Positions 18,922-27,546 of a stretch of DNA of 64,000 bases are shown here, piece after piece. The notes beneath the pieces are model-generated. The model did no database searches, was not told the DNA's origin, and saw only the letters and a program-made list of their open reading frames with translations. Both the position numbers and the translations under genes were made by a program. Within the stretch, counting starts at the first letter, position 1. The number at the start of each line of letters is the position of its first letter. The stretch lies in the IMG/VR virus record IMGVR_UViG_3300027798_000023; one strand, written 5' to 3'. This DNA is from an uncultured virus (IMG/VR IMGVR_UViG_3300027798_000023) (lineage: Duplodnaviria; Heunggongvirae; Uroviricota; Caudoviricetes).

Positions 18922-21477
18922 ATGGACTCATCTTATTACTTCGGCGGGAAAACTGCGTATGATGGTAAAGTCCATGTTCTTGCTGCAAAGGATTTTAAGT
19001 CGTTTGCTCAGTCGCAACTCTTTGTTCCTGTCCCCATCGACATGCTGCGCAAGGACTTCCTTGCCCACCCAGATAGAGACAAGTTAAAAGACGTGGCGTA
19101 TGTCACTCCGGCGGTCTATGCCCCAGATGAGACGCGACGTAGCACCGCTGGAGCGAAGGCGTTCAACCTTGTCATTATCGACTTGGACGGTGGCGAAGAC
19201 GCGAAGGACTTTTCCGAATCGCCAGAGGCTCTGCAAGACGCGCTTAACCCTTACAACTTTGTAGCTTGGAATACTGCCAAGCATACACCGGACGCGCCTC
19301 GTTTAAAGATCGCTGTTGACTGCTCAGAGTCAGACCCAAGTTTATACGGCAGAGCAGTAGACTACGTCGTCGAACGCCTTGGGTTGCCTAAAGACTTTAA
19401 AGGCTCATCAGAGTCGCATGTCATCAGCCAATTACATTACCGTCCTGTAGTGTTTAAAGGAGAGGATTTTACCTCAGTCATAGCGTCGCAGCTTAAAGGC
19501 AAACCGCTTGACCCAGCCTCGCTTGATCCGGCAGTTAAAGTTCCCGATGACGATGACGACGTTTTTGCGTATGTCCCAAAGGCAGGCGACCAAGCGATTG
19601 GCGACATTCTGAATCTGCCGTCACCAAACGTAACCCTAGACGATGTCCGTGAAGCATTGACGTACCTTGATCCGGACTCACAGTATCCGGTATGGGCAAG
19701 CATTGCTGCATGTATGCGTCACCAGTTTGTCGAAGAAAGTGAAGCTAGGGAAGCGTTTGAGGACTATAACGATTTCTCAGCCAGAGGGAAAAAGTATAGA
19801 GGGCGCGAAGTTACTCTTAGAAAATGGCGTAGTTTCTCTCCGTATCCAGAAGGTCGTCTTCCAATGACTATTCGTTCGCTCTTTAGGATGGCGATTGATG
19901 CAGGCTGGGAGCCTGTTAAGGTAAACACCCGCGTGGTCGAATCCTTCAGCGAGTGGTGCGAATCAGCTACCCAGCAAGATTTGATGAGCGAGGGAGTCAA
20001 GCGTATCGCTACCATGCCAGTGCGTAACTCGATTACTGAAGAGTTGATGGCGGACATGGTTGTCAAAGCATTGAAGCAAGCGGGTGCAAAAGTAAGTAAG
20101 ATGGCGGTTGTCAACGAAGTGAAGAGGGTGAGAACCTCCGAACGGATGGAGACAGCTAGGGTTGAAAGCCCTGCGTGGATGAAACCTTTTTGCTTTATCG
20201 GGCCTCAAGACAAATTTAGAAACAACATCACGGGAGTGGAATACACCGTCGATGCTTTTAACCACACTTTTTCGAGGCATCTAATTTCAGAAACTGAACC
20301 TACGGCAGATGGTCGTCCAGCTATGACACCTGCCAACTACGCACTCAATATCGCTGACACCAAGATTGTCGATGGGGTAATGTATGATCCTAGAGAGAAG
20401 GCAGCCAGCGGTTCTGCAGGACGTGAAAGCTATTTTGAGCGCGATGGCAGAACATACGTAAACGCATTCCTTGAAGCAAGTGTCCCAAAAGCAACACAAC
20501 GAGGATCAAAACGCGCTGGCAATCTGGTTAAGAAACTGCTGCGAGCCAACTTGGCGAACCCTGAGTATGAGCAAACAGTTTTAGACTTCCTTGCGTATTG
20601 CGTGCAAAGACCCGGCGAGAAGATCCGTTGGGCTATCTTCTTCCAAGGTGGGCAAGGCTGTGGCAAAGGAACCCTCATTGATACCGTAAAAGCGGCTATC
20701 GGACTTGCCAACTTCAAGGTGATTACTGGGTCTACACTTACAGGCACGTTTGATGACTACCGCGAAGGTGCGCACTTTATCTATTGCGATGAGTTGTTCA
20801 GTGCCGGAGCGAACCGTCACGAGGTAAACAACAAAGTCAAAGATGGTGTCACTAACGACGTCATCACCGTCAACAAGAAGTTCAAAGACACGGCAAACAT
20901 CCCGAACGTGTCGAACTACTTTATGACAAGTAACAAGCACGATGCTCTCATACTAGAGGACAGCGACCGCAGATACATGGTTCTCAAAAGCCGTTTGCAG
21001 ACCAGTCAGCAAGTAAGGGAGTTTAGTGACACCGGAATTATGGCGAGTATCCACGAGATGCTTGCTGACCCAGAAACCAGTGGAGCGTTCCGCCAGTTCT
21101 ACCTTGACCACAAGATCAGCGAGTCTTTCGATCCGAACGGACATGCACCTGTTACACGCTTCCGCGATGAGCTTGTAGACGCTGGCAAGAATCTCATGCT
21201 TATCCAGATCGAAGATCTAATTTCCGATCCTGAGTACCCGCTCATTGGCGAAGACGTAATTCACTACTCCGCACTGGAAACAGCCACTGCCGTCCTTGGC
21301 AAGAACAACGCTCGCCCAAGTCACTACCTCTACATGCTTGGCTACCAGAGCTACGAAAAGAATAAGAGGTTTGACATAGACGGCGAAAAGACGCGGATAT
21401 ACACCCACGTTGACCGTTTTGTTGATGGCATAGATGACGCAGTAGAGATACTTAAATCTAGGATGAATGACATCTAG
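18922..21477 (+). CDS. primase-helicase (primase domain, PriCT-2-like, C-terminal SF3/DUF5906-like NTPase)
   Basis: IIDLD and TAKHT primase-like motifs; ALTYLDPDSQYPVW PriCT-2 pattern; Walker A GGQGCGKGT; CDE; TSN; DRRY. Confidence 0.85.
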   Translation: MDSSYYFGGKTAYDGKVHVLAAKDFKSFAQSQLFVPVPIDMLRKDFLAHPDRDKLKDVAYVTPAVYAPDETRRSTAGAKAFNLVIIDLDGGEDAKDFSESPEALQDALNPYNFVAWNTAKHTPDAPRLKIAVDCSESDPSLYGRAVDYVVERLGLPKDFKGSSESHVISQLHYRPVVFKGEDFTSVIASQLKGKPLDPASLDPAVKVPDDDDDVFAYVPKAGDQAIGDILNLPSPNVTLDDVREALTYLDPDSQYPVWASIAACMRHQFVEESEAREAFEDYNDFSARGKKYRGREVTLRKWRSFSPYPEGRLPMTIRSLFRMAIDAGWEPVKVNTRVVESFSEWCESATQQDLMSEGVKRIATMPVRNSITEELMADMVVKALKQAGAKVSKMAVVNEVKRVRTSERMETARVESPAWMKPFCFIGPQDKFRNNITGVEYTVDAFNHTFSRHLISETEPTADGRPAMTPANYALNIADTKIVDGVMYDPREKAASGSAGRESYFERDGRTYVNAFLEASVPKATQRGSKRAGNLVKKLLRANLANPEYEQTVLDFLAYCVQRPGEKIRWAIFFQGGQGCGKGTLIDTVKAAIGLANFKVITGSTLTGTFDDYREGAHFIYCDELFSAGANRHEVNNKVKDGVTNDVITVNKKFKDTANIPNVSNYFMTSNKHDALILEDSDRRYMVLKSRLQTSQQVREFSDTGIMASIHEMLADPETSGAFRQFYLDHKISESFDPNGHAPVTRFRDELVDAGKNLMLIQIEDLISDPEYPLIGEDVIHYSALETATAVLGKNNARPSHYLYMLGYQSYEKNKRFDIDGEKTRIYTHVDRFVDGIDDAVEILKSRMNDI

Positions 21478-21517
21478 CCCTTATTCTATAAGCCTTAAAA
21501 AATAACTGAAGATTTAT

Positions 21518-21546
21518 TTGACAAATTATCACAAATTGTTTCTATT
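21518..21546 (+). promoter_or_regulatory. putative promoter
   Basis: TTGACA in AT-rich intergenic DNA, -10-like AT box about 17 bp downstream. Confidence 0.4.
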
Positions 21547-21567
21547 AACTACATCCAACACAAACAT

Positions 21568-22008
21568 ATGAATATCGAAACCGCCATTGCGCAATTAACC
21601 GAAGCCGTATCAGCCAATACCACAGCCCTAAAGATGCTCCTTGAAGCAAGTCTAACTCCACCGTTAAACGTGCTTGAGACGCCAGTTTCATCTATTGGTG
21701 AACAACCCGCCGCCGAACCCGTAAAGAAACGCGCCAAGAAGTCTCCCGCTAAAGAGATCGTCGAAGCCCCTACTACCCCAGTTGTTGAAGCTGAAGAGAC
21801 CGAAACTTCTGATGAAGTAAGTGTCCCTGAACTTCCGATTGACGAGCTTCGTGTTTCACTTAGGGAGCTTATCAAGACCAAGATGTTTGCTGACCCACTG
21901 GTGAAGCCAGTCTTTGAAGCCGCTCGTGCGAAGTTTAAAGTCAAGCTCGTAGGTGAACTCACCGATGAACAAGTCCCTGAGTTCTACAAGGAGGTTCTTA
22001 GCTGGTAA
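21568..22008 (+). CDS. conserved protein of APSE-type replication modules
   Basis: N-terminal coiled coil, Pro/Ala/Glu linker, C-terminal KFKVKLVGEL helical domain; position upstream of DUF2800. Confidence 0.7.
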   Translation: MNIETAIAQLTEAVSANTTALKMLLEASLTPPLNVLETPVSSIGEQPAAEPVKKRAKKSPAKEIVEAPTTPVVEAEETETSDEVSVPELPIDELRVSLRELIKTKMFADPLVKPVFEAARAKFKVKLVGELTDEQVPEFYKEVLSW

Positions 22009-22016
22009 ACTACCTT

Positions 22017-22080
22017 GCCGTTAGCTCGGCGTAAGCTGTGGGGGCTGCGTCTTACCCCGATTGACTGCCGTAAGCAGTCG
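22017..22080 (+). ncRNA. candidate structured intergenic RNA (three hairpins)
   Basis: GCCG/CGGC, GGGG/CCCC and GACTGC/GCAGTC stems with cross-complementary loops. Confidence 0.35.
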
Positions 22081-22111
22081 CTATTCTTCTAAATACCAAA
22101 TACCAAATACG

Positions 22112-22390
22112 ATGAAACCACTAATTGACACCGCATTGATTCGCCGTGCGATTGAAAAAAACAACATTACTTTTAACGGAAAACGCAGACTCATACCCAA
22201 CTCAGAAAAAGTCACCGCCGCAGCTCAAACACTATCAAAGCAAGAAAAGACTTTTATCTTTCTACCGTCGCATAAAGATTCTGAGTATCGAACTCTTGAA
22301 CCTGTAGATTTTTCAAGACGCACTTACGTAAAGAAGATTAGAAAAGGATGCAGTGGTTTTTTTCACCCTGACTTAATGAACGCAAGGTGA
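22112..22390 (+). CDS. hypothetical protein
   Basis: ATG after (AAATACC)n leader. Confidence 0.55.
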   Translation: MKPLIDTALIRRAIEKNNITFNGKRRLIPNSEKVTAAAQTLSKQEKTFIFLPSHKDSEYRTLEPVDFSRRTYVKKIRKGCSGFFHPDLMNAR

Positions 22391-22444
22391 GATTCTTACA
22401 CAATAGTTGCCTTAAATACCATTTACCTGCAAATAGCTATCAGT

Positions 22445-22666
22445 ATGCCCGAATCAGAAGATTTAACTAGGTATTCCTCGCCGCCGGACATGAGCGTGTT
22501 TGACCCTGACAAAGCAGGGTACGATAACAAGCCTTACATCTATGGTATGGAATCTCGCAAAAACGGCATCGACAAAGATTTTAATCCTTACCTCGCAGCA
22601 TCTAATCACCGCTTGTGGGATATGGGTTGGGAATACGAAGACGCAAAACAGAAACTACAACAATGA
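22445..22666 (+). CDS. hypothetical protein (NPY..W..GW motif)
   Basis: ATGA overlap with next gene. Confidence 0.6.
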   Translation: MPESEDLTRYSSPPDMSVFDPDKAGYDNKPYIYGMESRKNGIDKDFNPYLAASNHRLWDMGWEYEDAKQKLQQ

Positions 22667-24207
22667 ATTATACCCCACAAATAAACGATATTATTACCCG
22701 CGAAGGGATGCCGCCAATTACTATTATTCGTCTGACCAAAGCGTCAGCAGAATACAATTTCAGAGGTAGCGACTCCGGCACTCAGCCACGTAAGTTCTTT
22801 GATGATCTGCTGGAGAAGACTCTTGCCATGTCGGGCACTGCCGTTATTCGTGATGGTGTCCAGATTTACCCTTCTGTTGAAACTAAGGTATCGGGTAGCC
22901 ACAACGCACACGCTCGCCTTGCGCCGTCTTCAAGTAAGACTTGGACAAACTGCACCGCAGCTCCGGCATACGTTGAGGCTAACAGACACCGCGTTCCAGC
23001 AGACAGTTCATCTGTCTACTCCAATGAGGGGACTGAAGCACACGACTACGCTGCAGACATTTTGCTTGGCAAAAAGAAACTCAAGGACATTCCTGAAGAC
23101 TTTCAAGAAGCTGTTGGTATCTATGTTGACCACTGTCTCGCTATCGCTAATGGCGTGAAGTATGAAGTGGAAGTTCAAGTTCCATTGTTTTACCAAAACG
23201 ATCAAACAGGCACTTGCGACTTTGCTATTGTGACTGATGAGCGAGTTACCGTCCGCGACTATAAACACGGCGCAGGTGTGCTTGTAACCTCAGAAGAGAA
23301 TACACAACTTGCGATCTACGCCTATTCCATGATTGAGTATCTCTCTGACGTGTATGAGTTCAATGACGATACGATCATCGACATCAAGGTCGTGCAGCCG
23401 CGTCACCGGATGGCGGACGAAGACGAAGCATGGATTCTCCCACTTTGGGAGTTCCGCAAGTTTTGTGCAACGATTGAAGAGAAAGCAAAGATTGCGACTG
23501 CGGCGGTTGAAGACGTACGTAATAGCGTCACCGAAGGCGCAGACGTCGACCCCAAAGATGTTCTTGTTTCGTCGAAAGACTCAGGTGTTGAGTTTCTACC
23601 GCAGGACGGCGACGAAGGCAGCTGCCGTTGGTGCAAAGCCAAAGGGTTCTGTGGCGCACGTCATTCTGACACCACAGGTGATTACAATACTTCTGCTCTT
23701 CTGGCTGTCATGCCGGACATGACCAAGGAAGGGGTTGCTGCTATGGACTTTGAAGTAGTTACTGACAGCCCCATCGTACCTAAAGACGGACAAACGCTGC
23801 GCCTTGACTACCTTGTAGCGGTGTTCAAGAACAAGAAAAAGATCGAGAAGTTCCTAAACGACGTCCAAGACTACCTTGAAACCTTAGCAGTAAGCACTGA
23901 GCTTGAAGGAGTAAAATGGGTTGAAGGTCGTCAAGGTAACAGATCTTGGTCAAACGAAGACGAAGCTGAGGTTTTTTGTAAGAACCAGAAGCTGAAACTT
24001 GAGGAACGCTGCACGATCAAATTGAAAACACCAGCGCAGATTGAAGCATTGCTCAAAGAGAACCTCAAGACCGCAAGGACGAAGAACCGATTTGAACAAC
24101 TGGTAAAACGCAGCGAAGGAAGACCTGTTCTTGTTCCTGCCGAAGACAAACGTCCTGCGCTCGCAGCACCTAAAGATGTCATGCCTGACATGACTTTGGA
24201 GGATTAA
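22663..24207 (+). CDS. DUF2800 family Cas4-like PD-(D/E)xK exonuclease
   Basis: HARLAPSS..W..C, EGTEAH, GTCD, DYKHG, QLAIYA, QPR, CRWCKAK..C. Confidence 0.9.
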   Translation: MNYTPQINDIITREGMPPITIIRLTKASAEYNFRGSDSGTQPRKFFDDLLEKTLAMSGTAVIRDGVQIYPSVETKVSGSHNAHARLAPSSSKTWTNCTAAPAYVEANRHRVPADSSSVYSNEGTEAHDYAADILLGKKKLKDIPEDFQEAVGIYVDHCLAIANGVKYEVEVQVPLFYQNDQTGTCDFAIVTDERVTVRDYKHGAGVLVTSEENTQLAIYAYSMIEYLSDVYEFNDDTIIDIKVVQPRHRMADEDEAWILPLWEFRKFCATIEEKAKIATAAVEDVRNSVTEGADVDPKDVLVSSKDSGVEFLPQDGDEGSCRWCKAKGFCGARHSDTTGDYNTSALLAVMPDMTKEGVAAMDFEVVTDSPIVPKDGQTLRLDYLVAVFKNKKKIEKFLNDVQDYLETLAVSTELEGVKWVEGRQGNRSWSNEDEAEVFCKNQKLKLEERCTIKLKTPAQIEALLKENLKTARTKNRFEQLVKRSEGRPVLVPAEDKRPALAAPKDVMPDMTLED

Positions 24208-24223
24208 ACAATTTCACTACAGA

Positions 24224-24289
24224 CTCCCACGCCTACAGGAGCAGCAAACAAAAGGGGCATTTTAAATACAAAATACGTAAATACACATT
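24224..24289 (+). promoter_or_regulatory. candidate H-type pseudoknot plus A-rich leader of the SSB gene
   Basis: CTCC/GGAG stem; loop GCCT can pair with downstream GGGC; unstructured A-rich tract to ATG. Confidence 0.45.
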
Positions 24290-24838
24290 ATGTCAAATAC
24301 ACTAAAAGAAGGTCAGTTACTCATCAAAGGCTCACGACTTGGTTACCCTAAGTTGTTCACCCCAGAAGGTATCAAAGGTGATCCATCGTCGAAGCCACGC
24401 TATGGTTGCGCGATCTATCTCCCTAAGTCTGACACCAAGACCAAAGCGAAAGTTGACGCAGAGATCGAACGTCTCAGCAAGATCAATTTCAAAGGAGCAG
24501 TTCCTAAATCCAAAGACTTGTTTATCAAGGACGGAGCTGACGAAGGAATGGACGATTACTGGATCATCAGCGCAAACCGCGCCGAGTCTCAGAAGCGTCC
24601 ACAAGTCGTAGACAAAGACGGACGTACTCCGTTGGACAGCCAAGACACCAAGCCTTACGCTGGGTGTGATTGCAACTTCCTCATCTCTATCTACGTTCCT
24701 AAGAATTGGAAGAAGATCTGTGCTAACCTTGAGATCGTGCAGTTCATTGGCGACAATGAGCCGTTTGGTGCAAGTGGCGTTAAGGCAGCTGACGTCATGC
24801 CTGACCTCAGCGATGAGGATGAAGACGAAGACATCTAA
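24290..24838 (+). CDS. DUF2815 family ssDNA-binding protein
   Basis: RLGYPKLF, KDG, RPQVVD, YAGC, L..VQF..D.EPFG, acidic tail; lies between DUF2800 and PolA. Confidence 0.9.
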   Translation: MSNTLKEGQLLIKGSRLGYPKLFTPEGIKGDPSSKPRYGCAIYLPKSDTKTKAKVDAEIERLSKINFKGAVPKSKDLFIKDGADEGMDDYWIISANRAESQKRPQVVDKDGRTPLDSQDTKPYAGCDCNFLISIYVPKNWKKICANLEIVQFIGDNEPFGASGVKAADVMPDLSDEDEDEDI

Positions 24839-24866
24839 GTAGTGGGAGCTTAACCGCTCAGACTCA

Positions 24867-24899
24867 CCCGCAGTTCTCGAAAGAGGGCTGCGGGTTTTT
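24867..24899 (+). terminator. intrinsic terminator after SSB
   Basis: CCCGCAGTTCTC-GAAA-GAGGGCTGCGGG-TTTTT. Confidence 0.85.
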
Positions 24900-24908
24900 G
24901 GGTAAACA

Positions 24909-26987
24909 ATGAGTCATTTCCACCTTGATTACGAAACATCTTCAGCCTGCGACATAACGCATGGCGCATATCGCTACGCATCAGATCCGTCTACGCGTAT
25001 CCTTATGTTTGCGATTGCCTACAACGACGATGAGCCTGTATTGTGGAATTACTTAGAGCCAAATAGCCACGAGTCAAGATCAGCCAAAGCCCTCTTGGAT
25101 AGAGCCATTAGCTCCGGCAGCGAGATACATGCGTACAACGCAGGATTTGAGGCGGCTATTTCCATGTATCGGTTGAAGCTAGACGTAGGTCTTCTACCTC
25201 CTAAACTTGAGCAGTGGCGGTGTGTGCAGGCTCTGGCTCGTGTAGCGTCTATACCAGTATCTCTTGGTAAAGCTGCAGCGTTCCTAAGAGTTCAAGACAA
25301 AGACGCAAGCGGCAAATCGCTTATCAATGTGTTCTCTGATACTTCTCGTCAGCTTATGCTTCGTAAAGGCAAAGAGTCGTTCAGGGTCACCAACCCGCTT
25401 GAGTTGAATCCTGTTCCTTGGGATTACACGTTGACCCTCCAAGGAGGGCAAATAACTCTCAAAGACGCGTGGGAGCGATTCAAGTCTTACTGCCGTCAGG
25501 ACGTCGTGGTCGAGCGGCTTATTGCCGAGAAACTTAACAAGCTAACACTTACGGGTTCTGAGCTTGAAGGTTTCCAGTTTACTCTAAACATGAACACGCT
25601 GGGTGCGCCAATCAATCTTGATGCCGTAAACCACGCTGCTGATCTTATCAAAGAACACCAAGTGCATCTTGAAAAGGAGTTCTTTGACCTTACAGGATTT
25701 AGACCCAGCCAGCGTGCTAAGGCTTTGGCTTGGCTGCAAGCTGAGGGATACCCAGCCAAGGATCTCAAAGCATCAACCGTAAAACAACTGGCTGACAGCA
25801 GCATGTTGTCGGACGTTGGCAAGCACGCATTGCGTCTGCAGTCCGATCTTAGTTTCGCAGCTATCAAGAAAGTAGCAGCGATGAAGAACACCGTATGTCC
25901 TGACAACACCCTTAAAGGGATGTTCACGTGGTGCGGTGCTTCGGCTACAGGGCGTTGGACATCCCACGGGGTACAGCTACAGAACGCTCGTCGATCAACG
26001 ATCAAGAACCCCGACTTGGCGTATCGCTTCATCCGCGAAAAGGCTGACCTTGAGCTTTTGGACATATGCTTTGGCAATCCTTACGAGGCGATTGCGTCGT
26101 GTATCCGCAACTTCATCCAGCCGCATAAGGGTAAGATGTATGCCGTGGACTATAGCAACATCGAAAGTCGTGTTGCCGCATGGCTTGCAGGGCAGGAAGA
26201 GCTGCTTAACGTATATCGTGAAGGCAGAGACGCGTATAAAGAACTTGCCAGCGTGGTATTCAACGTGCCTCTGAGCGAAGTTACCAAGGAGCAACGCTTT
26301 GTGGGCAAGGTGGGAAACCTGTCATTGGTGTTTCAGACTGGAGCTAAGACGTTCCACAAGACGTGCGAGATGTGGGGAAACCCCATACCTAAAGATGTCG
26401 CGTGCGACACCGTTCGTAAGTTCAGAGAAGTAAACTACATGTTCCCAATTACATGGAGGAACTACGAGAACGCTATGGTGAGCGCGATCCAAAATCCCGG
26501 CACTTGGTTTAACGCGTCACCCCACGTGTCTTTTGCATCCTCCAAAAAAGCACCGTTTCATCGTCTGGTAATGCGCCTGCCAAGTGGTCGTCAGCTGATC
26601 TACCCCATGCCAAAGGTCGAACGCGCCGTCAAACGGCACACGGATTACGAGACTGGGGAGACCCGCGAGTGGGATACCAACGACATTACCTATTACGGGC
26701 AGTCTGCAGGGAAAGCGGTTTGGGGACGCGTCAATTTCTACGCTGGCATGGCTTACCAAAACTCTGTGCAGGGGACGGCTCGCGACATTATGCAGAACGG
26801 ATGCGTGATCGCATCGAAACGTGGCTACGATATTTTCTCAATTATCCACGACGAGGTTCTCTCCCATGAACACCCTCTTGGGGCTGATGGGCTTTCTGCT
26901 GCCCTGTGCACACACCCTGATTGGCTTCCTACAGATTTTCCGCTCGCCGCCACAGGTGGAGTATGCGATTACTACACGAAAGACTGA
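24909..26987 (+). CDS. polA: family A DNA polymerase (APSE-like) with 3'-5' exonuclease
   Basis: Exo DYET, YNAGFE, YC.QD; TGRW; motif A DYSNIE; motif B R...K...L...F; motif C HDE. Confidence 0.95.
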   Translation: MSHFHLDYETSSACDITHGAYRYASDPSTRILMFAIAYNDDEPVLWNYLEPNSHESRSAKALLDRAISSGSEIHAYNAGFEAAISMYRLKLDVGLLPPKLEQWRCVQALARVASIPVSLGKAAAFLRVQDKDASGKSLINVFSDTSRQLMLRKGKESFRVTNPLELNPVPWDYTLTLQGGQITLKDAWERFKSYCRQDVVVERLIAEKLNKLTLTGSELEGFQFTLNMNTLGAPINLDAVNHAADLIKEHQVHLEKEFFDLTGFRPSQRAKALAWLQAEGYPAKDLKASTVKQLADSSMLSDVGKHALRLQSDLSFAAIKKVAAMKNTVCPDNTLKGMFTWCGASATGRWTSHGVQLQNARRSTIKNPDLAYRFIREKADLELLDICFGNPYEAIASCIRNFIQPHKGKMYAVDYSNIESRVAAWLAGQEELLNVYREGRDAYKELASVVFNVPLSEVTKEQRFVGKVGNLSLVFQTGAKTFHKTCEMWGNPIPKDVACDTVRKFREVNYMFPITWRNYENAMVSAIQNPGTWFNASPHVSFASSKKAPFHRLVMRLPSGRQLIYPMPKVERAVKRHTDYETGETREWDTNDITYYGQSAGKAVWGRVNFYAGMAYQNSVQGTARDIMQNGCVIASKRGYDIFSIIHDEVLSHEHPLGADGLSAALCTHPDWLPTDFPLAATGGVCDYYTKD

Positions 26988-26990
26988 ACC

Positions 26991-27278
26991 ATGAAGATAT
27001 TCCCAGACCAACCAGATGTATCTCGTAACGATACTATTCGTATTTTACCCTACATAAAAAACCGCAGTGTTCTACGTAAGTGGATCAAAACCAAACCCGA
27101 CATTGACGACCTTAAACGCGCAGTGATGATTGAAGTGTTTCGTTCGTCAAACACAAACAAAGCCCCATTGTCCGCTTTGGGGCGCGGCGTGTGGGTTGAC
27201 TTAGTTGTAGCCATCCAACGAATGGAGCGTTCGGAGATCAGCAATAACATTATGGAGATTCTAAACGTCAATGACTGA
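26991..27278 (+). CDS. hypothetical protein
   Basis: In operon between polA and VRR-NUC. Confidence 0.65.
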   Translation: MKIFPDQPDVSRNDTIRILPYIKNRSVLRKWIKTKPDIDDLKRAVMIEVFRSSNTNKAPLSALGRGVWVDLVVAIQRMERSEISNNIMEILNVND

Positions 27279-27546
27279 AGCTCAGATTGAGAAAAAAGTA
27301 TGCGATTACGCTGCCAAGAATTACGGGTGGAAGAATATGAAACTATCCGGAAGCCACGATAGAGGCAAACCTGACAGGATGTTTATGCGCAAGGGGATTA
27401 CAGTTTTTGTAGAGTTTAAATCCGAAGGTAAAATGCCAAGCGTGTTGCAAAACAAATGGCTTGGAGATCTACGTGAGCTTGGTTTTAGGTGCACGTGGGT
27501 TGACAACGTGGCTGATGGTAAACGCTTTTTTGATTCAATGAAATGA
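27271..27546 (+). CDS. VRR-NUC domain nuclease
   Basis: MTEAQIE, G.PDR, FVEFK..G..P..LQ. Confidence 0.9.
   Translation: MTEAQIEKKVCDYAAKNYGWKNMKLSGSHDRGKPDRMFMRKGITVFVEFKSEGKMPSVLQNKWLGDLRELGFRCTWVDNVADGKRFFDSMK

Noticed and set aside
22017..22080. tRNA gene (GCCGTTAGCTC start)
   Set aside because: No T-loop, acceptor stem or cloverleaf; no tRNA recognised anywhere in the window.
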